The notes beneath the pieces are model-generated. The model did no database searches and was not told where the DNA came from. It saw nothing but the letters and a program-made list of their open reading frames with translations. A program made the position numbers and the translations under genes. From IMG/VR virus record IMGVR_UViG_3300023235_001181: a stretch of 64,000 bases of DNA; one strand, given 5' to 3'. The stretch is from a virus. This document shows, piece by piece, positions 9,524 through 18,737 of the stretch (position 1 is the stretch's first letter; each line of letters opens with the position of its first letter).

Positions 9524-9718
9524 TCAGCGACGCCAAGGCTGTCGAGCCCCGTCCCGTCGCCCGTCTCGCTTGGCGTTGCCCTCGAGGGTCTGGATGAATC
9601 GCCACATCTCTTGAGCAGCTCCTTCACTCATGTCGTCGACGGCCTTGAGGAGCTCAGGCTTGCGGCCCGCACCTTCCCGCGCGATTTTTGCCTTGAGTGC
9701 TTGCTTGATGCTGCCCAT
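9524..9718 (-). CDS. small hypothetical protein
   Basis: 64 aa; preceded by promoter-like motif and ACGGAG SD. Confidence 0.35.
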   Translation of the reverse strand: MGSIKQALKAKIAREGAGRKPELLKAVDDMSEGAAQEMWRFIQTLEGNAKRDGRRDGARQPWRR

Positions 9719-9739
9719 GTGTGTCTCCGTTGTTCAGGC

Positions 9740-9769
9740 AACGTAACGAACAGCTTGATAGTCAGAGTC
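9740..9769 (-). promoter_or_regulatory. bipartite promoter-like motif (CTCTGACT-N14-TACGTTG)
   Basis: minus-sense ggaCTCTGACTatcaagctgttcgtTACGTTGcctgaacaACGGAGacacacATG. Confidence 0.5.
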
Positions 9770-9830
9770 CGTCTCGGGTTTGACCGTGGCCGGGGCTACT
9801 CTTGTCACCGAACACTCACGGAGGTGCCCA

Positions 9831-10442
9831 ATGTCACGATACAACAAGGAAGCCTGGGATAAGCTGGTTGAGACCATGAAGGCCGACATCCCCGGCTTTG
9901 AAGTAGGCTACAAGGACGAGAGCAAGCTCCAGAAGGTGATCGCCAAGATCTCGTTCTGGAACAAGTACGAGGACTACATCACCACGATGTACCCGAAGGT
10001 CTACTTCCCCAACAGGGAGTACGTTGAGACGCATCTGCCCGTGCCCACTCTTGAGCACGAGTGGGTTCACCTCAAGGACCAGAAGACCTTCTTCGGGTTG
10101 CTGCCCAAGCTGCCCGCATGGCTCAACATGACGCTGTTCAGCTTGCTCTACATCTCGCCGCAGATCTTCGCGCTTGGTGCCGTGCTCGCCGTGTTCAGCC
10201 CTTGGTGGCTACTATGCCTGCTGTTCCTTGCGCCTCTGCCCGCTCCGGGCCGCGCATGGGCCGAGGTCCGTGCCTACCGCCGCAGCCTCGAGCACGGTTC
10301 GGACATCGAGCGTATCGCAGACGCGTACGTCGGTGCTGGCTACTACTTCATGTGGCCCTTCCGCAAGCACGTCCTGAAGTGGCTCGATGCCAAGCCTTCG
10401 CCCTACGTGCTGGAGATGGACACCTACATCGCTAAGGACTGA
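9831..10442 (+). CDS. membrane protein
   Basis: ORF 9780-10442, likely ATG at 9831 (cACGGAGGtgcccaATG); 2-3 TM segments in C-terminal half. Confidence 0.45.
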   Translation: MSRYNKEAWDKLVETMKADIPGFEVGYKDESKLQKVIAKISFWNKYEDYITTMYPKVYFPNREYVETHLPVPTLEHEWVHLKDQKTFFGLLPKLPAWLNMTLFSLLYISPQIFALGAVLAVFSPWWLLCLLFLAPLPAPGRAWAEVRAYRRSLEHGSDIERIADAYVGAGYYFMWPFRKHVLKWLDAKPSPYVLEMDTYIAKD

Positions 10443-10738
10443 GGGTGGCTTTCCACCACGATGGCTCGGACGGAGTCCTCGTGGATGTAGATGTCAGAGC
10501 GTAGAGGGCCTGTACCCTTGCGCCGCCCACACCAGTTCTGACGGATGTACCTGCCCTTGAAGGCGACGATCATGTCAAGACCGTTGCCTTCAAGGTGCCA
10601 GTCTTCTACGGCCTCCAGCTTGAGGCGGTTGCCCTTGAAGGTGACCCATATGTCCTCTTCCCCAGCCTCAAGACGGCGGATAGCGTCTGCCATGTTGGCA
10701 CGCTCTCTACCCTTCAGAGGGTTCGCTTTCTGTCCCAT
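10424..10738 (-). CDS. hypothetical protein
   Basis: 104-aa ORF. Confidence 0.4.
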   Translation of the reverse strand: MGQKANPLKGRERANMADAIRRLEAGEEDIWVTFKGNRLKLEAVEDWHLEGNGLDMIVAFKGRYIRQNWCGRRKGTGPLRSDIYIHEDSVRAIVVESHPQSLAM

Positions 10739-11096
10739 TGGATATCTCTCGGTAAGCGATCCGCTCAGGGTCCTCGAAGGAGGATGTCTCTCCGAGGGTA
10801 TCTATGAAGCAGGTCCGGTGGACGGCTGTCCAATAGGAGCTATCAAGAGCGTGGTGGGGCATGACGGCAATCACATCCCCCGCCCGGAGCGTGGCTTGAC
10901 AGTACAGGCACTCCCAAAACTCCAAGAGCGCGGGGTGCCCGTCTGCAAGCTGAACCGGGTGGAACCAACCGCCAGAGTGGTCCTCCATGATGACGGAGAT
11001 CCACTCTGGCGTCACCAACACTCTCCCAGTTTCAGGTACAAGGAGGATGGGGTGAGGCTCCCTGATGCGCACATCGAGGGTAGCCTTCACTTTCAT
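10707..11096 (-). CDS. hypothetical protein
   Basis: 129 aa; stop overlaps AAA gene start region. Confidence 0.4.
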   Translation of the reverse strand: MKVKATLDVRIREPHPILLVPETGRVLVTPEWISVIMEDHSGGWFHPVQLADGHPALLEFWECLYCQATLRAGDVIAVMPHHALDSSYWTAVHRTCFIDTLGETSSFEDPERIAYREISNGTESEPSEG

Positions 11097-13387
11097 CCCA
11101 CTGCCTGCCCGCGAGTGAACATCTGGTGGCTCTGCGCGTAGGTGGTGCGGCAGACGTTGATCTGCTGCCTGATGGCCGCGTTCCCGAGCGTGCTCGTCAG
11201 AGCCGCTTCCACGAGATCAGGAGTGACGCAAGTCTTCTCCGCAACGTGAGCCATCACGGTAGCCTTGACGCCGTCCTGCAAGTCGAACACGTTCATGCCG
11301 TCGAGCATTGCTACCGCCTCCTTGGCGTGCTCCGTGTGGTCCACGATGTAGTTCCGCATCATGGTGAGCCACACCTCGTCGATCACCTTCCGGATCACGT
11401 CGCCGCACGCACCTTCCAAGAGCTCAGCCCACAGCTCGTAGTGCTGGTCCAGGCCGTCCTCAACGGGGAGGAAGTTCTCGATGTAGTGCCGAAGGGTGTT
11501 GGTCCGGTCCTCGAGCGTCATCTCACCCACGATCTCAACGCGGCTGAAGCGGCGCAACATGGGCGTCGGGATGCGCTGCGGGTGGTTGGTGGCTCCCCAG
11601 ATCGTGATGCCGGGGTACGCAACCACACCGTCCATGAGGTTCTGGAACTCCAGGCTCAGGTCAACGCGGCGGCTCAGGTCACCCTGGTCGCTCAGCACCA
11701 TGTCGATCTCGTCAATCAGGATGTGAACCTGCTTGCCGCTCTGCTTCCGGATCTTGATGGCGTGGTCGAAGAGCCGCTTCGGGTTCTTCTGCGCCTCGCC
11801 CATCCAGCAGGTCAGGAAGTCGGAGCCCACCGCGAAGATCGAGATGCTGTCCTCGTGGGTAGCCATGGCCCGCATCACCTGCGTCTTGCCACAGCCCTGA
11901 GGGCCAACGAGAAGGATGTTGTTCTTGTCCGTGCTGCCGGAGGGCGAGGTGATGAGGAAGAGGTTGCCCCACTCGGTCGCGTCCTTCTGTCCTTCCACGA
12001 AGTCCCGTAGGTCGGCATAGCCGGAGCCCCAGATGTTCTCGAGGCTCACGTTGGGACGCTCGCCGGGGATCACCTCCAGTGCGCCGGGTGCTTCGCCGCC
12101 GAACTGGTTGCCCGTGCCAATCTTGCACACGAAGAAGCCGTTGGTGTCGTACAGGAACTTCCGCTCGTCCATCTTGAGGGTGAGTACCTGCTCCACGATG
12201 GCCTTGAGGTCGTCCCCGGTCCAGAGGCACTCGGCTACGGCGCTGAGGCTCGTCTGGAGGTGCTCCTGGGCAAACAGGTCGGTCCGGCTGAGCATCTTGG
12301 TGCCTGGGCGTACCTGAATCTGGCTGAAGTCGAGCAACTCAAGCTCGTCCGCGAGGGTCCGGTACGACTCTCCGGTGCTCTTGCGGTGGATGCTCAGCCG
12401 GTAGAGGTCGATGCCGATGTTGTCCGCGCAAATCTTCGCCACCTCAGAGAGTGTGTCGAGGGTTTCGTGGAGCTGTCCGTAGAGCTGAAGCAGGGCGGCG
12501 ATAGGCTCGAGCAGCAGGTTCCGGTTGACGGGGTTGCGGATCGCTTCGCAGAGGTCAGCCAGCCGCTGCACGGTGAAGGCGGTCAGGTCCTCGCGGGAGG
12601 AGCCGTGGTCGATCTCACCCATCTTGTCGATGTTGTTCCACACCAGCAGAGCGAGGTCCGTGAGTACGGGGTCAGGGTCACGCCAAGTGGCCGTCACCAT
12701 TGCGTGTCCGTCGGCGTGGCGCTTGCGGAGGAGCTGGAAGTAGTTGCTCACCGCCTGAGCAGTCTGCCGGGTGAGTCCGTCGTAGGCAGCCGGTGCCTGC
12801 AACAGCACGTGAACTCCCGCCACGAAGGAGGAGGTCGCGCCACGGTTGAGCTGCTGCTCAAGGGCGAGCTCTCGTAGAGCGTCACCACGTCCCTCGCCCA
12901 ACTTCTTGAGCAGAGCGGCGGCGGTCTCTTCCTTGAGGCCCGCTTCGGCAACCTCGGTTCCGAGCTGGTCCATGGTGTCGTCGAAGCTGACGACGTTGGC
13001 ACCGTTCATCAAGTCCACGGCGCGGATCACACCGTCGTACATCACTTCCATGCCGGTGTACGCTTGGAGCAGGATGGACACGGGGCCGAAGGAGCTTGCG
13101 CCCGCACCCTTGAACATGTCCTCGGGCTCGCCGAAGGTCATCTGCTGGGTGCGTTGGGCGCTGCGGTTGTAGCTCTCGCTACCGAGCCGCTTGGCAATCG
13201 CCTCAAGGCTTTCCTTGCCGAGGCGGATCTGGTCGACGGTGTTGGGCAGGTTGCCCAGCATGTCACGCAAGCCGCCCGCGATCCCCGACTTGATCACCTG
13301 AACGGTCCGGGCGTACCGGATGGGGTCAGAGATGGAGGCTTCGCGGGCCAGTACAGATGCGATGATGCTATCTACGTCGTTGTTCAA
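11093..13387 (-). CDS. AAA+ ATPase (classical AAA clade) with ~470-aa N-terminal extension
   Basis: 764 aa; Walker A GPQGCGKT, Walker B ILIDEID, second region of homology/arginine fingers (GATNHPQRIPTPMLRRF). Confidence 0.8.
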   Translation of the reverse strand: MNNDVDSIIASVLAREASISDPIRYARTVQVIKSGIAGGLRDMLGNLPNTVDQIRLGKESLEAIAKRLGSESYNRSAQRTQQMTFGEPEDMFKGAGASSFGPVSILLQAYTGMEVMYDGVIRAVDLMNGANVVSFDDTMDQLGTEVAEAGLKEETAAALLKKLGEGRGDALRELALEQQLNRGATSSFVAGVHVLLQAPAAYDGLTRQTAQAVSNYFQLLRKRHADGHAMVTATWRDPDPVLTDLALLVWNNIDKMGEIDHGSSREDLTAFTVQRLADLCEAIRNPVNRNLLLEPIAALLQLYGQLHETLDTLSEVAKICADNIGIDLYRLSIHRKSTGESYRTLADELELLDFSQIQVRPGTKMLSRTDLFAQEHLQTSLSAVAECLWTGDDLKAIVEQVLTLKMDERKFLYDTNGFFVCKIGTGNQFGGEAPGALEVIPGERPNVSLENIWGSGYADLRDFVEGQKDATEWGNLFLITSPSGSTDKNNILLVGPQGCGKTQVMRAMATHEDSISIFAVGSDFLTCWMGEAQKNPKRLFDHAIKIRKQSGKQVHILIDEIDMVLSDQGDLSRRVDLSLEFQNLMDGVVAYPGITIWGATNHPQRIPTPMLRRFSRVEIVGEMTLEDRTNTLRHYIENFLPVEDGLDQHYELWAELLEGACGDVIRKVIDEVWLTMMRNYIVDHTEHAKEAVAMLDGMNVFDLQDGVKATVMAHVAEKTCVTPDLVEAALTSTLGNAAIRQQINVCRTTYAQSHQMFTRGQAVG

Positions 13388-13450
13388 GTGGTGCTCCGCA
13401 CTTCAGGGTGTTGGCTCTATGACGCCAAGCAGTTCCTGATTCACGGTTTT

Positions 13451-13909
13451 CTATCTACGGGGGAGCCCCTGATAGAAGACAGCCAAGGGGCCAGTCAGCA
13501 CGTCTGCTACATCGAACGCAGCCGAGGGTGGAGCAGGGAAGCCGTACATGCGCTCACGTAGGCAGGCATCCAACTCCGGCGACCAACGGCTTGTCACAAT
13601 GTCCGCCATCTCCCTCCGGAGGTCAGCGTCAAGCGTGGGGTCGAGGATGGTGATGACGGAGTATAGAGCATTCTCTTGAAGCGACATGGTCTGCAAGGCA
13701 GCACCTACGTCCTCCAGGGTGTCGTACTCAAGGTCGTCAGTGACGAGCCTGTTGTGGGAGTTTGTCATGCGGATGTGCCGTGAGGCGGTCCGTTGGTCCA
13801 CTCCACGCTCATACTCAACCACGCCGCTGCGGAGCCACACGAAGTCGAAGGTCTCACCTGTATCTACTACAGCGAGGCCACCGATCGCGTTGAAACCTGC
13901 CTTCATCAC
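13451..13909 (-). CDS. hypothetical protein
   Basis: 152-aa ORF. Confidence 0.4.
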   Translation of the reverse strand: MMKAGFNAIGGLAVVDTGETFDFVWLRSGVVEYERGVDQRTASRHIRMTNSHNRLVTDDLEYDTLEDVGAALQTMSLQENALYSVITILDPTLDADLRREMADIVTSRWSPELDACLRERMYGFPAPPSAAFDVADVLTGPLAVFYQGLPRR

Positions 13910-13914
13910 TCACC

Positions 13915-14448
13915 TCAAGAAATGGGTACCAACAGCGTACTCATGGAGTTGCCCTGGAACGAGATCTTGCTCTCCACCTTGGCAACGTCGGCCAGGGCCT
14001 CGATCACCTTCATCATCTGCGCTTGACCCACGTCGCGTCTACGCATCTCACGACGGCGGAAGCGTACTTCGACCTTCACCCGACTGCCCTCGCTGATGAA
14101 CTGTCGGATCTTGCGGACCTTGGTGTCAAAGTCGTGGGTGTCCGTAGTGGGACGGAACTTGATCTCACGCACGGAGTTGGCAGCAGAGTTCCTCCGCTGC
14201 TCCTTCTTGGCCTTCTGGCTCGCGTACCGCATCTTCCCGAAGTCGACAATCTTGCAGACGGGCGGGGTGGCATCGGGGGACACTTCAACAAGGTCAAGCC
14301 CTGCGTCCTGCGCGCGGTTGTACGCGTCACGGGTCATGAAGATGCCAAGTTGGCGTCCCGTCTCGTCAATGAGACGTACGCGGGTTGCTCGGATTTCTCG
14401 ATTGCGGCGAGGCCCATTATCGGGACTCTTATCACGGCGAGGGGGCAC
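13915..14448 (-). CDS. infC: translation initiation factor IF-3
   Basis: 177 aa; IRATRVRLIDETGRQLGI...VEVSPDATPPVCKIVDFGK...EIKFRPTTDTHDFDTKVRKIRQFISEGSRVKVEVRFRRREM aligns along full length with bacterial IF-3 N- and C-domains; GTG start after GGAGTAG SD. Confidence 0.8.
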   Translation of the reverse strand: MPPRRDKSPDNGPRRNREIRATRVRLIDETGRQLGIFMTRDAYNRAQDAGLDLVEVSPDATPPVCKIVDFGKMRYASQKAKKEQRRNSAANSVREIKFRPTTDTHDFDTKVRKIRQFISEGSRVKVEVRFRRREMRRRDVGQAQMMKVIEALADVAKVESKISFQGNSMSTLLVPIS

Positions 14449-14530
14449 GAATTCTACTCCTATGTGTCCATCTCACACCCACAGGTGAATCCTGTCGAGT
14501 GGGGGATGGTTTTGGTGTGGTTGCAGTCTC

Positions 14531-15346
14531 TCACGAACTTGCACCAGAGAACACCTGCTGAGGGTTCTCGATGATGCGGCGTTGCCAGGGAGGGATGTGC
14601 GTAGCGGTTACCCAGTGAAGGGAGATCATGATGAGGATTGCGCCGACGTCGTGTGGGCAAAAGTAGTGGATCCAATGTGGGTCCGGTACAGCATACCCGG
14701 CGAATATCGCACTCAGGCGGATCAGAGTAACGGCTATGAAAGAAAGTACCACGACAAACAGGAAGAAGGTGCGCTGTCCCACTGCGCCCCACACTACCTT
14801 CTGGTCTTTCTGACTGATCGCTCCGTTGTAGTTGGCCTCACCCTCATCCTCGAAGGCGCGGCGGTAGAGGTACCTCAGCTCGTCCTTGAGAATAATGGGC
14901 CAGATGATCATGGTGAAGATGGTCAGGCCCCGGACGTATGGCTCTGCACTGATTGACAGGGGTCCGAACACCCACAACAGCAGTCCAGTCACCAGCGTCC
15001 CGAAGGCAATCACCCACTTCGACAGTGTGGTCACCTTCTGGAGAAACGTCGCCACCTTGTCGAGCTGAACGTTGATCTTCACGTCCAGAGAAAGGACCGG
15101 CACCAACACCTTGAAGATGAAGAAGTAGAACGCCTTCTCGCGGAGAGTGTGCGGTACGAGCTGCTCTGTGCCGTTCTCAAGCAACAGGTACGGCTTCTCG
15201 CACGCCGGACACTCGAGTTTGATCGCGCGCACCTTGCCATCGGGTGCGCTGCCTTTGAAGGCTTCTGGACAGTCGAACTTGATCTGAACTTTGCACCGGG
15301 GGCACTCGGCCCCTACGTGTCCATCCTCGTGGAAGCGGAGCATCAC
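14531..15346 (-). CDS. zinc-ribbon membrane protein
   Basis: 271 aa; two CPxC..CPxC pairs at N-terminus, >=5 TM helices after. Confidence 0.45.
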   Translation of the reverse strand: MMLRFHEDGHVGAECPRCKVQIKFDCPEAFKGSAPDGKVRAIKLECPACEKPYLLLENGTEQLVPHTLREKAFYFFIFKVLVPVLSLDVKINVQLDKVATFLQKVTTLSKWVIAFGTLVTGLLLWVFGPLSISAEPYVRGLTIFTMIIWPIILKDELRYLYRRAFEDEGEANYNGAISQKDQKVVWGAVGQRTFFLFVVVLSFIAVTLIRLSAIFAGYAVPDPHWIHYFCPHDVGAILIMISLHWVTATHIPPWQRRIIENPQQVFSGASS

Positions 15347-16026
15347 TCACCTTCGTAGATGTAGCCCTTGTCCTGCTTGCCTTCGATCAGCCGAATGCCG
15401 CAGTTCTTGGGGTTGGGTTCGGCGTTGAGCCATTCAGGGGAGAGGTGCAGCCACATCATCACGAAACAGCGAAGCGTCGTGCCGTGACACACCACGATGA
15501 TGTTGTCGATTCCGTGCCTGTCGCAGTCACGGTGGAACGTGCCGAAGCTCTGATGCACACGAACTGCCACGTCGAAGCGGCTTTCACCACCCCAGGGGCG
15601 AGCGTAGAGCCTGCCTTCAGATGCGAGGCAGCGGTCGTAGTCGTCTGCGATGTGGGGGAAGTGGTCGCGGGTGCTCTCGGAGGCAATGCCGTTGAGGGCT
15701 CCGAACTGCTGCTCAACCAAGAGCAGGTTCTCACGTCGGTCGATGACGTGCTTGGGGTCAAGGCCGCGAACGATGGTGTCCGCCGTCTGACGGGCACGGG
15801 CGTAGGGGCTGTTCCACACGCGGTAGCGGTTGAGGTTGGGCCGCTCATCAAAGCCCTGGCTCTGAGGGTTCTCAGCAAGCCAGGTGTTCAGAGCAACACG
15901 GGCGCGCATAGCCTGAGCCACCCCTTCCTCACTGAGGTCGATGGCGTTGTCGGCAACTCGTCGATACAGCGTCGGGTCGACGTTGCCCTCTGATTCACCG
16001 TGACGGATCAGCAAAATACGCTTCAT
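15343..16026 (-). CDS. histidine phosphatase (phosphoglycerate-mutase family)
   Basis: LLIRHGESEGN catalytic RHG motif; ORF track extends to 16050. Confidence 0.7.
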   Translation of the reverse strand: MKRILLIRHGESEGNVDPTLYRRVADNAIDLSEEGVAQAMRARVALNTWLAENPQSQGFDERPNLNRYRVWNSPYARARQTADTIVRGLDPKHVIDRRENLLLVEQQFGALNGIASESTRDHFPHIADDYDRCLASEGRLYARPWGGESRFDVAVRVHQSFGTFHRDCDRHGIDNIIVVCHGTTLRCFVMMWLHLSPEWLNAEPNPKNCGIRLIEGKQDKGYIYEGE

Positions 16027-16096
16027 GCAAGTTTCCTCTTGTCGGAGCAACGAGTGGTCGCCGTGTGTACTCAGACACCGAACCCAAGGAGGAAGC

Positions 16097-16321
16097 GTGA
16101 AAAGCTCGAAACGTCTCGCAGTCGTACTTACCGATCTGGTGCCCCAACGGGTGTTCCTCTACAAGCTGGACGCCATCACCCTCGAGGTGAAGCAACAGCT
16201 CCGGGCAGACGTGCGCCTCCGCTTGGCTGAGACAGGACTCATCAGCTCCTTTGTGATCCCTACCAACATCTCCAAGATTTGCGACGACATCATGTACGTG
16301 AAGACCGAGGACATCCTATGA
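16097..16321 (+). CDS. small hypothetical protein
   Basis: GTG start after AAGGAGGAAGC SD; first gene of plus-strand island. Confidence 0.4.
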   Translation: MKSSKRLAVVLTDLVPQRVFLYKLDAITLEVKQQLRADVRLRLAETGLISSFVIPTNISKICDDIMYVKTEDIL

Positions 16322-16641
16322 GAATCCCCCTGTTCGCCTTCCACACTCAGCCCGACTTCCCTCAACAGCAGCGCGATCTCGGCTACCCAGTGTTCGCGGC
16401 GGTTGTCCCCACGGACGTCGGCCTGGTTGTCGGACGTGGCTACCGCATCTACAAGGTGGGTGCGGGCAAGTTCCAGGGCACCTGGCAAGCCGTCAACTTT
16501 GTTGAGGGTGCCTGGCTCGAGGAGGGTGACGAGCTCAGCCTCGGGAAGGCCGTCTGGAACGATGACCGGGACGTGTGGACGTGTGAAGACGAGCCACCCG
16601 ACGTAGACCAACACCGCGCAGCAATGGACGCCTCCGAATGA
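16318..16641 (+). CDS. hypothetical protein
   Basis: ATG MRIPLF overlapping previous stop (ATGA); 107 aa. Confidence 0.4.
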   Translation: MRIPLFAFHTQPDFPQQQRDLGYPVFAAVVPTDVGLVVGRGYRIYKVGAGKFQGTWQAVNFVEGAWLEEGDELSLGKAVWNDDRDVWTCEDEPPDVDQHRAAMDASE

Positions 16642-17276
16642 AGCTCAAGCACATCCAGATTCGTATCGAGCAGTGCCTTGCACTCTCCAAAGCCTCCAAC
16701 TGCCCACGCCGCAAGTTCGGAGCCCTCCTACTCGACCCTGAGCGCAATGTCATCCTGATGGACGGCTACAACGGTGCTGCTCGTGGCGGCGGCAAGCTGT
16801 GTGGGGGAGATTGGTGCCACCGAGACGGACTCAAGCCCGAGGACCTGACAGTACACGGCAACGGCGGGGACGATGACATTGAAGACTGCTACATCAAGCA
16901 GTTCGGTGAGCACATCTGCCTTCCTGACGGCCGTCCGATCTACTGGCGTAAGGACGCCAACGAGCACCGTGCCCATCTGCTCGAGAAGTACGCCCCCATC
17001 CAGTCGGGCACTCACATGGAAGTGGGCTGCCACCATGCAGAGATGAACGTCATCTGCAACTCGGCTGCGAGCGGTACGGCTTCCAACGGTGCCTGGCTCA
17101 TCGTCACCGGGGAGCCCTGCCTGATGTGCAGCAAGCTCATCCACCACGCCGGGATCGCCAAGGTGATCGTCGTCGCGAATGGCTACATGGGAGCCAACGG
17201 GGTAGAGTACCTCAAGCAGCACGGTGTCGAAGTGCAGGCCGTTGAAGGACCGACCGACCCACGCTTGGAAACATGA
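16638..17276 (+). CDS. deoxycytidylate (dCMP) deaminase-like, CDA fold
   Basis: 212 aa; zinc-binding HAEMN...PCLMCSKLI motifs. Confidence 0.7.
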   Translation: MKLKHIQIRIEQCLALSKASNCPRRKFGALLLDPERNVILMDGYNGAARGGGKLCGGDWCHRDGLKPEDLTVHGNGGDDDIEDCYIKQFGEHICLPDGRPIYWRKDANEHRAHLLEKYAPIQSGTHMEVGCHHAEMNVICNSAASGTASNGAWLIVTGEPCLMCSKLIHHAGIAKVIVVANGYMGANGVEYLKQHGVEVQAVEGPTDPRLET

Positions 17277-17277
17277 C

Positions 17278-17685
17278 ATGAATGACGCGACGCTGGATGT
17301 CACCGTTGCCCACGTCTTCGAGACGTGGGGTGACAAGCTCCACTCCAGACACGGGGCGAAGCCCTGCTTCATCTGTAAGACGGATACCGAGTGGATCGAC
17401 ATCAGCTTCGAGTGTCGCTTGTGCTCCCCCGAGTGCGATCGGACCCTGACCCGCCAATGGGCAGAGGACTACAACGCGGCGACGGAGGAGTATGGTCCAC
17501 CCACGATGGAGGACGCCTTCGACGCCCTGTTCGAGCTCACCGTGGAAGTGCTAACGGACGAGTCAACGGACCTCGATGGCGAGGCCGTAGACGTGCTGCC
17601 GTCCAGTCCACCCGTTGATGCCGCCCCGGTTGTTCCCAATCTGGAACTCGGCGTCACCGCCCCGGACACCCTTGATGAGGTGTAG
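17278..17685 (+). CDS. hypothetical protein
   Basis: ORF 17224-17685, likely ATG at 17278; 4 Cys (CFIC...CRLCSPEC). Confidence 0.4.
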   Translation: MNDATLDVTVAHVFETWGDKLHSRHGAKPCFICKTDTEWIDISFECRLCSPECDRTLTRQWAEDYNAATEEYGPPTMEDAFDALFELTVEVLTDESTDLDGEAVDVLPSSPPVDAAPVVPNLELGVTAPDTLDEV

Positions 17686-17877
17686 GTAGACCTTGCCCTT
17701 CACCTTGACGAGGACGATGTCGCCCTTGCTCAGCTCGGTGTCTGCCGTGATGGGGGTCAACTCCACCTCAGCTCCGTCCTTCACCTTCGGGTGCATGGAG
17801 CTACCGCGTGGATGAATGACGGCGTTGGCTCCCGTCCCCAGCTTCTCAATCGCTGCTTGTGCCCAATTCCTGCCCAT
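17563..17877 (-). CDS. S24/S26-family peptidase-like protein (LexA/signal-peptidase fold)
   Basis: 104 aa; GSSMHP (Ser nucleophile motif GxSMxP) and downstream KGD..V motif. Confidence 0.45.
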   Translation of the reverse strand: MGRNWAQAAIEKLGTGANAVIHPRGSSMHPKVKDGAEVELTPITADTELSKGDIVLVKVKGKVYLHLIKGVRGGDAEFQIGNNRGGINGWTGRQHVYGLAIEVR

Positions 17878-18592
17878 CTTCGTCCTCCTCTACACCCAAC
17901 AGCAATGTCATGCGGTCGGGTGGGTCAGCTACGGGACCCTCGGCGCGTAGCACCTCAGCCAGTAGTCTGTTCAGTTCATGCGCCCCATCGTCAACGGGGG
18001 CCGATGTTGCCACTTCGTCAAGCAGTGCCGAGCTGATGTTCCTGAGCAGGTTGTTCGCCTGATCAGATCCAAGGTCGAACCTGTAGGTCTGCCCCTCAAG
18101 GCTCGCCGTGACGCGGTTGCGCTCATTCAGTACCCCATTGAGTCTTAGGATCTCTTCTTGGAAGCGGGTGTTGCGTTGACGTAGTCCTTGGTTCTCACCC
18201 GCATACCGCGCCAGTGCCTCAGCGTTCGGGGTAGCGTTCTCACGCAGCGATCTCACCTCTTCAGCAAGCTCATCACCGCGAGAGGCCTCAGCGTCAGCGC
18301 CGGAGACGTAGCCCCGTACCTCCATGGCGAGTCGTGCATCGGGAACGTTCCCGCCGAGTGCTTCACGCACGGCAGCGAGAGTCCCAATCGCCAACTGGGT
18401 CTCTACTACGGAGTCCTCATACCGGTTCATCGCGGACTGAGCTTCCTCGGTCCACAGACTCAGCTCGCTCTGGTGGCGGGCCAGTGCTTGCGTGTGCCTT
18501 CGGTCTGAGATCCGGTACTTCACGTACCAGAACACCAACGCGCACGTCGCAATCCCGTAGATGATCCAGTAACCGTTAGACACCTCCTCCAT
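17846..18592 (-). CDS. membrane-anchored coiled-coil protein
   Basis: 248 aa; N-terminal TM (YWIIYGIATCALVFWYV) then long coiled coil. Confidence 0.45.
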   Translation of the reverse strand: MEEVSNGYWIIYGIATCALVFWYVKYRISDRRHTQALARHQSELSLWTEEAQSAMNRYEDSVVETQLAIGTLAAVREALGGNVPDARLAMEVRGYVSGADAEASRGDELAEEVRSLRENATPNAEALARYAGENQGLRQRNTRFQEEILRLNGVLNERNRVTASLEGQTYRFDLGSDQANNLLRNISSALLDEVATSAPVDDGAHELNRLLAEVLRAEGPVADPPDRMTLLLGVEEDEDGQELGTSSD

Positions 18593-18620
18593 ATCAGTCC
18601 TCCATATCAGTCCTCCATCA
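18585..18620 (-). repeat. 13-bp tandem duplication (tcctccatatcag x2.8) spanning the RBS/start codon
   Basis: duplicates GGAGGA-N5-ATG; first ATG copy hits TGA after 3 codons, second opens MEEVSNGYW. Confidence 0.6.
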
Positions 18621-18737
18621 AGAGGGCTTCACGGCTCAAGGCCACAGGCTCTCTTGCGGGTTAGTACCCCGCGTCCTGGGTGTGAGGATATCGCACCATT
18701 CGGTAGTAGAGAATCAGGAAGACCGGAACCCAGAGCG

